From assembly GCF_009914755.1 (NCBI RefSeq), contig NC_060925.1: 64,000 bases of DNA; one strand, written 5' to 3'. The translations under genes and the position numbers were made by a program. Numbering within the stretch: the stretch's first letter is position 1; each line of letters starts with the position of its first letter. The notes under the pieces are model-generated. The model was given only the letters and a program-made list of their open reading frames with translations, had not been told where the DNA came from and ran no database searches. This document shows, piece after piece, positions 28,631 to 43,378 of this stretch. Source of the stretch: the human T2T-CHM13v2.0 reference genome, Homo sapiens.

Positions 28631-29027
28631 TATGACATACATTATTAGTTACCTACCCAATAACTATACTTCCTTTTCTCTTGACAATGGAGCCCTAATT
28701 TTGTTCAGAGTAGTAATATCTAGTCCAAATGATGGGTCATGTTTGATGTAAGACAATCATAAGCAACCTGTTTCCCACTTTCGCAGCTTCCTTTGCAACT
28801 ATAGGTGGTCATGTGATCCAATTCCGGATGACAAAACTAATGGGAAATCCACTGTGTGTGTGTGTGGGGAGCCGGGGGGCGTTATGTTCATGTGTGTGCA
28901 TGCACCTAAGTGAGGGGAGGAGCGTCTGGAGAAGTTTTTCTTTTGTTAAAAAGCAAAATATTTTAATAATAAAATTTAGCACTTGAGCTACATTTATTTT
29001 TGAATGGTTTTTAAATTAATATTATTA

Positions 29028-29303
29028 TTTTGAGACTGGGTTTTCTTCTGTCACCCATCTGCAGTGCAGAGGCATGATCACAGTTCACTGCAGCCTCCAC
29101 CTTCCTGGCTGAGGTTCCCACCTCAGCCTCCCAAGTAGCTGGGACTATAGGCATGCACCACCATGCCTGGCTAATTTTTCTGTTTTTTGTAGAGATGGGG
29201 TCTCACTATGTTGACCAGGCTGGTCTTGAACTCCTGGGCTCAAGCAATCCTCCCTCCTTGGCCTCCCAGCATTGGGATTACAGGCATGAGACACCACACC
29301 CAG
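29028..29303 (-). mobile_element. AluJ
   Basis: J-type residues cactgcagcctcc and ctcctgggctcaagcaatcctcc. Confidence 0.92.
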
Positions 29304-29309
29304 AAAATC

Positions 29310-30120
29310 ATTATTATTTTTAACTGACTAGTAATAATTGTACATATTTAGAAGCACAGAGTGATATTTTGATACATGTATACAATATGTAATGAACAAA
29401 TCAGGGTAATTAGCATATCTATCATCTCAAATATTTATCATTTTTGTTTTGTATTGGGAACATTCAAGATCTCTTTTAGCTATTTGAAAATATACAATAA
29501 ATATATTGTATACAGGGCTATAGAACACTAGAACTTGTTCCTCCCATCTAGCTGTAATTTTGTATCCATTAACTATCCTCTCCCTGTCCTCCACTCCCCA
29601 CTACCTTGCCAGTCTTTTAGTAACCATAATTCTACTCTTCTATGAGCTTAAGGTTTTTAGTTCCCACATATGAGTGAGAACATGTGGTATATCTCTTTCT
29701 GTATGTGACTTATTTCACTTAACATAATGTCTGGGCTTATCCATGTTGCCACAAATGACAGGATTTCATTTTTTTTTTTGGTGGCTGAATAGTATTCCAT
29801 TTTGTATATACCACATTTCTGTATCCATTTATCTGTTGATGGATGCGTGTTGATTCCATACTTTGGCTGTTGTGAACAGTGCTGCCATAAACACAAGGTA
29901 TCTCTTTAATGTATTAATTTCTTTTCCTTTGGATAAATACCAGTAGTGGGATTGCTGGATCATACGGTAGCTCTGTCTTTAGTTTTTTGAGGAACCGCCA
30001 TACTGTTTTCCATAATGGCTATACTAATTTACATTCTCACCAACAATGAATGAGCATTCTCCTTTCTTCCCATCCTTGCCAGCAAGACTGTTTGTCTTTT
30101 TAATAATAGGTATTCTGACT
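29310..30120 (-). mobile_element. L1MA 3' fragment
   Basis: L1 3'UTR and ORF2 end in reverse; minus-strand ORF 29657-29896 is L1 C-terminus-like. Confidence 0.9.
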
Positions 30121-30971
30121 TCTAGGGAAGCTTTTGTATTTCTGATATTAAGACAGAAATTGGTGGTCCTGTTTATTATCCCTTTCCTGCTGACGTGAAT
30201 GTGGAAGCAATGGTTTGTGATCAAGGAGTTATCTTGCAACCTTGAGAGAAAGCTTTGCAGTTTTTGAGCCACTGAAGCAATGCCAGGAGAAGCCATTTAT
30301 TTGCAGACATCCCATGTTTACTTAAGCTGTTAGGTTGCTGTTAAACTGTTACGTTGCTGACTACTGAAAGCATTTCTAACTGATGTAGGTGTGTGTTTAT
30401 TAGTTTGAATGTGTGTGTGCTCACATGTATGTAGGTGGGTAGAGAATTTAAATATAGTGGCAGTGAGATATACATTACTTGCACCAAAATTACCTGGAGT
30501 TGCCAGTTTATTTAAGGTCACTTCACACATGACAGAGGTTAAGGATCTGGATTTTGAATTTCATGAATGAAATCTGATGCTCGGGATACCAGTGCCTCCA
30601 ACATACTTGCTATACTTTATTGTGGAAAAGAATAGCATGTGTATTTATCGAAAGCGAAGTTTAAAAAGAAATTTGCTTTTCATTTTTGATGTTAATCTCA
30701 TTTTATTTCCTTTTATAAAAACAAAATATATTCTGTGCATATTTTTGGACATTGAGTGAAAAGCAAACAATATATTTAAAAAGCCACGTTAAAAAATCTT
30801 GTTTTAGATTTTTACAATTTAAAGTGTATATGAGAAAATGGCTTAAAATAAAACATACTTCAATTAAAATGTTTTACTCTGTCATGTACTATATAAAACA
30901 TATTATGGTGTATAAAACATATTCTTAGAAGCTGGAATTCTAAAATAATACTATAATCAAATAGTTTTCAA

Positions 30972-32920
30972 AAGTTTATATGGAACTACAAAAGACCCTG
31001 AATAGAAAAGCAATTTTGAGCAAAAAGAACAAACCTGGAGGCATCACATGTCCTGACTCTAGAATATACTACCAAGCCATAGTAACCAAAACAGCAAGAT
31101 TCTGGCATAAAAACAGACACACAGACTAATGAAATTGAATGAAGGACCCAGATATAAAATCACACATTTATAGCCACTGATTTTCAAAAAAGGGGCCAAG
31201 AACACACAATAGGGGAAAGGACAGTCTCTTCAAAAAATGGTGCTGGGAAATCTGGATATCCACATGTAGAAGAATGAAATCACACCCCTCTCTCTCACCA
31301 TATAAAAAATCAACTCAAAATAGATTAAAGACTTAAATGTAAGACCTGAAACTATGAAACTATTAGGAGAAAACAAAGGGGAAAAGCTCCATGGCATTGG
31401 TGTGGGCAATGATCTTTTTTGGATATGACCCCCAAAACACTGGCAACAAAAGTAAAAATAGACAAATGAGATTACCTCAAACTAAAAAGCTTCTGCACAG
31501 CAATGAAAACAATCAGCAGAGTGAAGAAACAACCTACAGAATAGAATAAAATACTTGTAAACTATACATCCAATAAGGGGTTAATAACTAAAATATATAA
31601 GGAACTCAAGCTACTAACTAAGCAAGAAAATGAATAATCTGATTTAAAAATGGGCAAAGGACCTGAATACACACCTCTCAAAATAAGACATACAAATGGC
31701 TGTCAGGTATATGAAAAAACGCTCAACATCGCTAATCATCAGGGTAATGCAAATTTAAACACAATAAGATATCACTTCACCCGTGTGAGAATGGCTATCA
31801 AAATGATAAAAGATAACAAGTTTTTCCAAGGATGTAGAGAAAAGAGATCACTCACATACCATTGGTGGGAATGTATGAAAAACGGTATAGAGGTTCCTCA
31901 AAAAATAAAAAAAAAAAATAGAACTACCATATGATCTAGCAATCCCACTACTGAATACACATCTAAAGGAAATGAAATCAGCGTGTTGCTGATTTCTGCG
32001 CTCCCATGTTCACTGCAGCTTATTCACAATAGCCAAGATATAGGATCAACCTGAATATCCATCAACAAATAAATGGATAAAGAAAATGTGGTATATATTC
32101 ACAAATGGAATACGATTCAGCCATAAAAAATGAATTCCTGTCATTTGCAACAAGATAGAAGGACCTGGAGGAAACTATGTTGAGTGAAATAAGCAAGGCA
32201 CAGAAAGATAAATACCACATAATCTCACTCATATGGAATCTAAAAAAGTGGAGCTCATAAAAGTAGAGAGTGGAATGGTAGTTACCAGGGGCTGGGGTGG
32301 TTGGAGGGTGGTGGGAAAATGTTGGTCAAAGGATACAAAATTTCAGTTAGGTAGGAGGAATAACTTTAAGAGATATGTTGTACAACAGGGTGACTATAGT
32401 TAACAATATATTGTTTTCTTGAAAAATGCTACGAGAGCAGATATAAAATGTTCTCACCACAAAAATGATAGCTGTGTGAGGTAATGTATATGTTAATTAG
32501 CTAAACTTAGTCATTCCACTATGTATATATAGTTCAAAAGTCATATTGTACATGATAAATACAGTCATGTTCCACAAAATGATGTTTCAGCCAAAGACAG
32601 ACCACATAGATGATGGTCCCACAAGATTATAATACTTTACCTTTTCCATGTTTAGATATGTTTAGATACACAAATACCATTGTGTTATAATTTTCTACAG
32701 TATTCAGTACAGTAACATGCTGTTCAGGTTTGTAGCTTAGGAGCAATAGGCTTCCTCCAATAGCCCAGGTGTGTAGTAGGCTATACCATTTAGGTTTGTG
32801 TAAATACACGCTATGATGTTGACACAATCACAAAATTGCCTAAAAACACATTTCTTAGACCTGTTAAGTGACACATGACTGTACATACAGTTGTATCTGT
32901 CAATTAAAAAAAAAAAACAA
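30972..32920 (+). mobile_element. 5'-truncated L1MA (MA4-6-like) with Tigger3a nested near the 3' end
   Basis: Degenerate ORF2 3' part, L1MA 3'UTR, tgtcaattaaaaa tail. Confidence 0.92.
32562..32881 (+). mobile_element. Tigger3a (Golem) TcMar MITE
   Basis: TIRs cagtcatg / catgactg flanked by TA duplications. Confidence 0.9.
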
Positions 32921-32949
32921 AACTAATTTCAGGTGCTTAGTTAACTTGC

Positions 32950-33190
32950 ATAATAATAAATGACATTTACATAGTATTACAATGTGCCAGATATTGTCCT
33001 AAAATCTTAAGTCATTTAGTGTTATTAACTCTATGGGTTTGGTGTTATTATTACTGTCATCTCCACTTTATGACTGTGGGTCCTGATTTACAGAGACATT
33101 GAATAATAAGCTCCAGGAGAGGTAAAATTTGAACCAAGGGAGTCTGGCTCCAGCATGGGCCCTCTCATTCACTGTGCTCTGCGGCCTCCC
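32950..33190 (-). mobile_element. MIR
   Basis: aaaatttgaaccaagggagtctggctccag. Confidence 0.7.
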
Positions 33191-34639
33191 AACTTATATC
33201 ACTCATTGTATTTCATGTGAGTTACAGTACTTATATAATGTGTGGTGAGCTACATTTCTTAACACATTTACTGTTTGTTCTTTTATCTGAGTATTTGAAG
33301 ATATCTTTCTGCTTATTATCTCATACAGGTTGGAAAAAATGGGCTTACCAACCACCCTTACCCTCTTCCTCCCAGTAAGCTAACAAATTGGGAGGTGGAT
33401 CACTAGTATCGTGTGCACTCCAACAACAATTAGAACAAAACTCCCCCTGAAGCAAATCCTAAACCAAAATTCTTATCTGCCTTAAGAATCAAGAGTCAGG
33501 ACTAATAACCTCCATTTTGTAAATGGAACAAAAGTTTCATAAAAGATGTGGAACAGAGTACTCCTTTATTTGTGCCATGATTAGGCCAACTCTGAAGTGA
33601 AGAAGAGGAATAGAAAAAAGCAAAAGTTAGAAGCATTTAATGAAATAAAGCAGAGAAGTATGAGAATAAAATGTGGAAAAGGAGCAGGAGATTCAGAGAT
33701 GAACAAGAAAGTTGAGGAGCTTGGGTCTGGTGGGTGGAACACATATTTGAAGAGTGTTGGAAAATTAAAAAGTGTGCTTCACCCAGTCTCTTGTAGAAAC
33801 TACAGTTTTAAAGGAAGCTGCCCAGAACTGCCTCTCTGCTTGGATGCTGCTTAGGCATCTAGGAAATAAACAATTAAGCCCAGCTCTGGCCACATCCTTT
33901 TTCTCCTGGCATTTGTAGCCTCCTTCTATTCTCCAAACCTTTGATATTATTCCTTAAGTTAATCACTCGTTTTCTCTGGGCAGTGTCCCATCTCTGCCTC
34001 TGTAATTCTCTCTGTTGTGAACAGCTCTCCATTATGCATTTATTCTGGACCAGACCATACCCAGGAAGCCACATTTCGAGCTATAGGGAAACCACAAGAA
34101 AGCTCCAAAAATGGAAGTCCCAGCTTGCTCTCCACAATTATGTCATTTTTCTCTCCCTCTTACTTTCAAGTTTTTGTTTTAGTTTTGTACGTGGAATTGG
34201 GCTAACAGGAAGACCAGATTACTAGCACTAACTCTGGGGAAAGTTTCGTAAAGGAGTTGCTGTGAAATCTCACTAGCCCGTTATGTAGCCTGACTGTTGC
34301 CACTTCATCTTCTTGTCACTCCTGAGTGTCTCACAAATTGGCTCCTTCCCCCACTACTCTACTAAGTCTGATCCCACAAGAGTTTCTAATAACCTCCCAG
34401 ATCATGACTCAAATGGAAGCTGTTCAGTCCTTTTCAAAAATGAATACTGTTTGACAACATTTTTTTTGACAACATTTTTTTTTCTTCCATCTGCAAACCT
34501 TCGATGCATGTCTCCCTCTCCGATTGTTCCAATTTTTTCCCAGTGGTCCCTTTTTCTCTGTCTCATCCTTACATTATGGCATCCCCAGAGTTTTGGTTCT
34601 GTCCACTCCTTTCCTTTCTTATCCTCCCCTTTTTTAATT

Positions 34640-35105
34640 GGTTGATTGTGCCATCCCCCCAACTCCCCACACCCACCACCCAAAATGTTGAAGGCCTCAT
34701 CTCTGGTACCTCACAATATGACCCTGTTGGAAATAGGGTCACTGCAGCTGTAATTAGCTAAGTTAACATGAGATCATACTGGAGTAAGGTGAGCCCTAAA
34801 TCCGATATGACTGGTGTCCTTAAAAGACAAGGAAAATATAGACATAGACACATACAGAGAGAAGTCAGCCATGTGAAGACAGAGACAGACACTGGAGTTA
34901 TGCTGCCACACACCAAGGAACACCTGGGGCTACCAGAAGCTGGAAGAGGCAAGGAGGTTTCCTCTACTAGAGGCTTTGGAGGGACCATGGCCCTGCCAAC
35001 ATCTTGTTTTCAGCCTTCTAGGCTCCAGAACTGTGAAACAATATATTTCTGTTGTTTTAATCCCAGTTTGTGGTAGTTTGTTTTAGCAGCACTAGAAAAC
35101 TTACA
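34640..35105 (+). mobile_element. MLT1C-like MaLR LTR within L2 debris
   Basis: gagccctaaatccgatatgactggtgtcctt...ccagaagctggaagaggcaagga...gcagcactagaaaacttaca. Confidence 0.88.
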
Positions 35106-35862
35106 GGCCTCTCCTCTCTCCCCCTCATTCCTTCCTCTTCCTTCTCCACTCCTTCCCTCCCTTGATTTTCCTTCTCTTTCCTTCTAGTCCTTCTTTTCTC
35201 TTTCCTTCTCTATTCTCTAGATAACCATAACATCTACTCCCATGACTTCCATTACCATAGATATCCCAATAGCTCTCAAATCTCCTAAACTCCAAAGCCA
35301 AATTTATTATTTTCCATTTATCTTCTTCATCTGAGTGTCCTGCCAGCATTTGAAATACAACACACCCAAAACAGAACTCAAACGTGCTTTTCCATCTATG
35401 TGCTCTGGCAGATTGTGTTTTCCTATGATGACTGCCACAATATATGGCTCATCCTTTTTGCAGTTTACCTTTCTAACTCCTCCCACTGAGAGCTAGGAGT
35501 ATGTGTCCACTCCATGGACCTGGGTGGACCTTTGTGACTATCCTCACCAGTAAAGTAGCTGGAATCACAAATGAATAATTTATGTAATTTCCAAGCTTAG
35601 GTCATAAAATTTCCGTTCACTTCCACCTGGTTCTCTTGGCACACTTGCTATTGGAATCCAGCCACCATGCTATGAGAAAGCCTAGACCAACAAGGAGAAG
35701 CCACGTGTAGGTGCAATGGTCATCAGTTCTAGGTAAAGCCCCAGTTGAAAGCCAATATGAACATCCAGGCATATGCGTGAGGAAGCCTGGAGATGACTCC
35801 AGCTTCAGCCGCCATGTGACTGCAACACATGAGAGATTCCAAGCAAAACAGATATAGCTAAG

Positions 35863-37228
35863 TGTGTCCGGAATTGGTGGGTTCTTCGTCTCGCTGACTT
35901 CAAGAATGAAGCTGTGGACCCTCGTGGTGAGTGTTACAGTTCTTAAAGATGGTGTGTCCAGAGTTTCTTCTTACTGGTGGGTTCGTGGTCTCGCTGACTT
36001 CAAGAGTGAAGCTGCAGACCTTCACAGTGAGTGTTACAGCTCTTAAAGACGGCGTGTCTGGAGTTGTTTATTCCTTCAGGTGGGTTCGGGGTCTCATTGG
36101 CCTCAGGAGTGAGGCTGCAGACCTTCGTGGTGAGTGTTACAGCTCATAAAGGCGGTGTGGACCCAAAGAGTGAGGAGCAGCAAGATTTATTGCAAAGAGC
36201 GAAAGAACAAAGCTTCCACAACGTGGAAGGGAACCGGAGTAGGTTGCTGCTGCTGGCTTGGGCAGCCTGCTTTTATTCCCTTATCTGACCCCACCCACAT
36301 CCTGCTGATTGGTCCATTTTACAGAGAGCTGATTGGTCCGTTTTGACAGGGTGCTGATTGGTGCATTTACAATCCCTGAGCTAGACACAAAGTGCTGATT
36401 GGTGCATTTACAATCCTCCAGCTAGATATAAAAGTTCTCCAAGTCTCCACCAGATTAGCTACATACAGAGTGCTGATTGGTGCATCCACAAACCCTGAGC
36501 TAAACACTGAGTGCTGACTGGTGCATATACAATACTCTAGCTAGACATAAAAGTTCTCCAAGTCCCCACTCTGGAGCCCAGCTGGCTTCACCTAGTGGAT
36601 CCCACGCAGGGGCCCCAGGCGGAGCTGCCTGCCAGTCCCGTGCTGCGCACCCGCACCTCTCAGCCCTTGGGCAGGATGGGACCTGGTGCCATGGAGCAGG
36701 GGACAGAGCCCGTAGGGGAGGCTTGGGCATGCGGAGACCAATGGGGAGGGGGGGCTGGAGGGGGAACTCAAGGGGGATCTCCGGCATAGTGGGCTGCAGG
36801 TCCCGACCCCTGCTCTGCAGGGAGGTGGCTGAGGACGGGCGAGAATTTGAGCATGGCGTGGGCCAGCTGGCAGTGCTTGGGGATCTGGCACACCCTCTGC
36901 AGCTGCTGGCCTGGGTGCTAAGTCCCTCTCTGCAGGGGGCTGGCAGGCTGGCTGGCTGCTCCAAGTGCAGGGCCGCGGGGCCCACGCCCACCTGGAACTC
37001 GCACTGGCCCATGAGCGCCACCTGCAGCCCCAGTTCACGGCCACGCCTCTCCCTCCACACCTCCCCGCAAGCAGAGGGAGCCGTCTCCGGCCACCTCGGC
37101 CAGCCCAGAGAGGGGCTCCCACAGTGCGGCAGCAGGCTGAAGGGCTCCTCAAGCGTGGCCAGAGTGGATGCCGAGGCCGAGGAGGCGCCAAGAGCAATCG
37201 AGGGCTGCTAGCACGTTGTCACCTCTCA
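35863..37228 (-). mobile_element. LTR12-family (ERV9) solo LTR
   Basis: tgtgtccggaattggtggg...gtcacctctca; perfect TSD taag at 35859-35862 and 37229-37232; U5 tandem units; CCAAT repeats. Confidence 0.96.
36265..36525 (-). promoter_or_regulatory. LTR12 core promoter: five CCAAT (NF-Y) boxes and an AATAAA TATA-like element
   Basis: Repeated ctgattgg at ~36305, 36330, 36355, 36395 and 36475; ttttattccc at 36271. Confidence 0.7.
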
Positions 37229-38348
37229 TAAGCACAATCAATTTTCAAACCATAAGAGATGATAATAAAATGATTGTGTTATTTTAAGCCGCTAAGTTTT
37301 GGGGTAAATCATTATGCAGCCATAAATAACTGGAGCTGTCTTCTATTTTGGTTAATGAAAGATTTACCAAGTCACATATGTTTGTATTCTTAGTCATCTG
37401 TGACTCTTCCTTCTTACTCCACAAATTCAGTCAATTCTCAAATTCCTACCAATTCTATCTCATAATTTTATGTTGAATATATCCCCTTTCTTATATTCTC
37501 TGTTTCCCTGCCTTTTGGAAACCATTAAGATATGCATATAAAAGAGGATAATAAATTAAACTGACTGTCCAGGGTTTAATCTCTTCCTGCTCGAATCCAT
37601 CCTCAAGCTTATGTGGAGTGATCTTTTAAAAATACACATCTGAACTGTGCCCCTTCCCTGCCTGCCACCTTCTGTGTTAATGATGTATGAAAAGATACTC
37701 TTCATATGAAGTTCTCTGTAGTCTAGTTCCCCAAACTACTTTTCCAGCCTTGTCACCTGGCTTATACCCCATGCCCCCTCCTCATTTTGTCCCAGGTAAG
37801 TACCTTCCAGGCTCCTCTACCTTTGCCCATGTTCTTTCTTCTTCATAAAATGCATTTATCCACATTTGCTGTCCAATAAACTCTTACATATTCATCAAGA
37901 TGTAGATTACATATCACTGCTTTGAAGAACTTTCTCGGATTATTCCCTTGCTTCCCAGAAGTTACCTTTTTTTCTCTCCTATAATAAAACCTTGCAATAC
38001 TTCTCTCATTTTATTAGAATTATTTCTGTCTAGGCGTCTTTCCCATTAGACTGAGAAATTTATAGCACTAGGACCACTGAATCTAGATCCAGTACTCAAT
38101 ATTGGTGATTTTAAGAACAATGTACTATAGTCACCATCATCCATCCATTATCTATCCACCCATTCTTTGTTCTATCCTTCTATACATTCAGCTATTTATT
38201 TATTCATTTATTTCCCTATCAAATATTACCTACCAGTGATACTTTACTCCGAGGAAAGAGTGAGAATATCATCTTTCTTATTTTGGTTTAGAGAGTCTGA
38301 AAACTAAAGCCTTGCCTTTGCCTAGACAGTGCATAGGAAATTTTGTGA

Positions 38349-38645
<297 letters not shown>

Positions 38646-38679
38646 GTGAACAACTTTAATAACAAAAATAAAACATGTT

Positions 38680-38885
38680 TATGAAGCTAAACACTGCAAG
38701 AGCCACATTATGCATATCATTACATTTAACTCTGACAAGAATACTGGAAAGTAGATTTTATTGTTGTGTAAATTGATACTCAGAGATTAAATATAATAAC
38801 TTGCCCAAGTTTACACTTAGTAAACAGCATTGCTAGATTTGAATCTGAATCTGTTTGATTCTAAAGTTCATTTTATTTCCACAGT
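38680..38885 (-). mobile_element. MIR
   Basis: gatactcagagattaaa..aacttgcccaag..agatttgaatc. Confidence 0.75.
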
Positions 38886-40800
38886 AGGTCATACTTTATT
38901 TCTCTGTTTAGTGTTAGTGATCATCTCCTTAGTAACTACTGCATTGTCACTATTTCCAGATCATCCAGATGTTCGTCTACTGGAAATCTAAGTGGGGCAC
39001 TATTAGTCCTGACAACCCTTCCACCTAGCTTCCCAAAGTTTAGTTCCCCAGCTTAGTGAGCAGTGTCTTATTTCTCTTTCACTCAGTTATTTTGAGCAAT
39101 TCAGAAATTGAGTTTTCATGATGCTGCATAGACTGAAGTTCAATTAGTCAAAGATGGATTTGGGAAATTCTAATTAGAGACAGTTTTGTGTTCAAATAAG
39201 GCATGCAGGGGAAAGTCATAGCTGAGTAAGTAAGGGTTGTGGGTGTGGCTGTGGCATCTGTGTATGGGTCTTTGTGTCTGTGTAGGTGTGAGAATGCAAG
39301 CACATGTGGTGTCTGCAGAATGAGGCATCTGTAGCTTCAGTGATTTTGCTGCAACTGGGCGTTTTTATTGTCTGCCTGTCCATGTGTTCTTAGGTGCACA
39401 TGTGGCTTCTCTGTGGGTGTGCCATCATGTCTGGGTATGGGTTTCTCTGTGTGCATGTGGGAGTGCTGGAGGAAGAGCTAACGTCTAAATAGCTTTTCCA
39501 GACTTCCATCCAGGACCCAAGATTCTAAGCAAAAATGATGCCAGAAGCATAAGTGAAATTTGCTGCTGATATCTTAAATGGGAGGCATGAAAGAGCCAGG
39601 AAATGAAATGAAGAATCCATTATATACCTGTTTCCTCTTCTCTTCTTAGTCTTAAAAAATCTTCTCCCCATTTCTACCTCATCTCTTACCTGTCCAGGTG
39701 AATTATTTTTCACTCAGCCTGTGTGTCATCAAACTAAATGATTATTTCAGTGTTTCTGCCTCTAAACACATCTGTCTCTGCCATTGCCAAGGAGGGAGAG
39801 CTGTGAGACCTGGAGAAGACTGGCAGGAAGTGTCCAGCCAGAGGGCACAGGAAGCCAATGCTTCTCCCGCCATATTGAATCATCAGGTTGACTACATGCC
39901 AGATGTGTTCTAACACAGTCCCACCCCTCCTAAATGCTCAAGTGATAGGCTAACACTGTGAGAGAGGGGATAAAAGGTAAAATAGCAGCTGGAATTATTA
40001 TAGAACATGAAACAAGTCAGTCAGCTGTGTGAATTGTGAAACATAAATTCGATTTGTGCTGTATCAAAGTAATATTTGCAAAATAAGGGGAAAATCTATG
40101 AAAGCGTCTAGTAGAGAGCTCCAACTAATACCCATATCAGCCTTTGCCCCTCTCCAAACATTTTAACTAGTATCTGCTTTGACTGGTGACCCTGATACAT
40201 ACAAATGAATATCTTTATTTTTACATTTCCACGACTTTAGGGTAACGAGAAGTGTAGATTTGAGACAAAATGAGAGTGGGGAGATTAATTCAACATGCCT
40301 AAGAGATATTAATAGATTTTTGTTCTTCTGTTGAATGGCAGCAATGCAATGGGGACAGCAGTGAGATGTTTCCTCTTACATTGGAAATGGCGGAAATAAA
40401 GTTCGCCATCTGTGGGAGTAAGTCTGGAGACTGTAAATATGTGGCTGAAGTGTTTTGGAACATACAAAACTCCAGTAAGGGTCACCTGGGTGTAATTTCA
40501 AGCAGGCAGTTCCAGAATGTGATTTTAATTTAGTAATTGGAACCCAATTGTATTGTACTTTACATGGAGAAAAAGTTGAGGACACAGAAGACAGTCAGTC
40601 TGGATAAACAGAAGAGGGAACTACAATTGAGCAGCCTGGAGACTGGGAAGTAGGGCACACAAAGACTCCACTCGCTTCAGGGTATTGTGGGGCAGTGATC
40701 CTCCACCTACAGCACCACCTGTAGCATAAATATGAAATTTTACTTAAGATCATATGTATTTCCATTTGTTTTTATTCTCTGCTTGCCAAATAGCATTTTT

Positions 40801-41332
<532 letters not shown>

Positions 41333-41350
41333 TGCCAAATAGCATTTTTT

Positions 41351-41635
41351 AAAAAAGGTCTCACTCTGTCACCTGGGCTGGAGTACAGCAGCATGATCAT
41401 AGCTCACTGCAGCCTCAAATGCCCGGGTCAGGCAATCCTTCCACCTCAGCCTCCCGAATACCTAGGACTATAGGTGTATGCCATCATACCTGGCTTATTC
41501 ATTTTAAAAATATTTTGTAGAGACAGGATTTTGCTATGTTGCCCAGGCTGGTCAAAAACTCCAGGCCTCAAGCAATCCTCTCTCTTTGGCCCCCCAATGT
41601 GCTGAGATTATAGGCATGAGCCACTGCACCCGGCC
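41351..41635 (-). mobile_element. AluJ
   Basis: J-type residues; flanked by tagcattttt. Confidence 0.92.
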
Positions 41636-42757
41636 AGTCAGTAGCATTTTTATTATGAACTGTTCTGCTAATGAGAAGGTGGTACCCTGAATGAGGAAAC
41701 ATCATTATTCAATACCCTGGAAGGAGTATCTCTCAAGATGGGTGGGAGGAGAAGCAGTCTAATTGGATTGTTAAACTTCAGTCTCCTGTGAGTTTGAGAC
41801 AGGCTTCTCAGGACAGATGACAATGGAGATACATTGACAAGGTAAAGGCCAAATTTAGAATTGTATCACCTGTGAGGCCTGTTGGTGGACAGGAAGCTGG
41901 ATCTCTTTTGGAAAGCACTTTTCTATGAACCACATTGAATGCTTAATAGTGCTGGGACATTATTTAGAAATAATGCATATAGAATGAGATTTTTGTCCCT
42001 AACACTAAAAAGGACTCAAGCTTGGCTGACTTCTGGCTATTTCTTTCCCCACTCTGCAACTATAGTCCTGATTTGCTTGAATAATTTTTGGTATTTTGTG
42101 ATGGAGGGTTGAGAAAAAAGTGGTGGGTGGGGGGCAGTGGGGAGGTGGTGTGGGGGGAAACAAGAGGTACAAGATAAAAACTGGATGAGTTTTATAGGGA
42201 TGTTTAAGGAGATTAGCTGTAATCTGTGAAAAATATGGATTGGGTTGAAAAATAAGTAATTATTCTTAAAGGAATATGTGTCAACTTCATGGAATTTTTG
42301 AAAACACAAGTAAAATACTTGTTATTCTGAAATTATTGTGGTTGGATGAAATGCATTATTTTAAATTCAGCACCTGTATGGATCAAGACTACATGGAACA
42401 TAGCTCTAGGAAGGTTCTGCATATGTTTTATTGCTTATTATTCTAAATTATTTGCCCTAGAAGTTTTAAAATTGATATTTTGCTTGTCTAGCTCAGAGAA
42501 GCTTCAGTCATTAACTATTAACCCAACCTTTCCTGTTGGTTAGGATATCACATGTCAAATCAGACTGTTCTCTAGAGCCCCAGAGAATATACCCAGCTAT
42601 TAATGGGTCATTTCTTGTGGACGTTCCTTCAGCATTTCAGACTCACGTGTTCTTAGCATTGTACTTTCCAACCCTTTCTCTCCTTTAGTGTTCCCAATCT
42701 CAGTGAATGGTACTATTTTATGCTCAGGTTTCTAAATCAAAACCATGGTGACTTCTT

Positions 42758-42846
42758 TTTTTTTTTTTTTTTTTTGAGACGGAGTCTCGCTGTGTCACCC
42801 AGGCTGAAGTACAGTGGCACAATCTCGGCTCACTGCAAGCTCGCCT
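42758..42846 (-). mobile_element. Severely 5'-truncated AluY
   Basis: Pure poly-T plus ~70 nt of Alu 3' end; perfect 17-bp TSD aaccatggtgacttctt. Confidence 0.95.
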
Positions 42847-42983
42847 AACCATGGTGACTTCTTAACACTTCCTTCTCTGATATCGACCTCCCAATTTGCC
42901 TAAATATTTCTAAAATCTGCCCACTTATCTCTATCCCACTGCCATGACCTTGGATCAGACCACCATTACCTCTCACTTGGTAA

Positions 42984-43378
<395 letters not shown>

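Larger units (their letters stand above)
28645..30385 (+). mobile_element. Old MLT1(J-like) LTR split by L1MA and AluJ (LTR parts ~28645-28850 and ~30120-30385)
   Basis: cctttgcaactataggtggtcatgtgatccaattc and 3' end gaaagcatttctaactgat. Confidence 0.6.
35406..37335 (+). mobile_element. MLT1G/H-like LTR split by LTR12
   Basis: 5' ggcagattgtgttttcc..., 3' ttttaagccgctaagttttgggg...ataactgga. Confidence 0.75.

Noticed and set aside
36500-37231. Overlapping 160-200 aa ORFs on both strands
   Set aside because: They lie in the GC-rich LTR12 U3, where stops are scarce; no protein-like features
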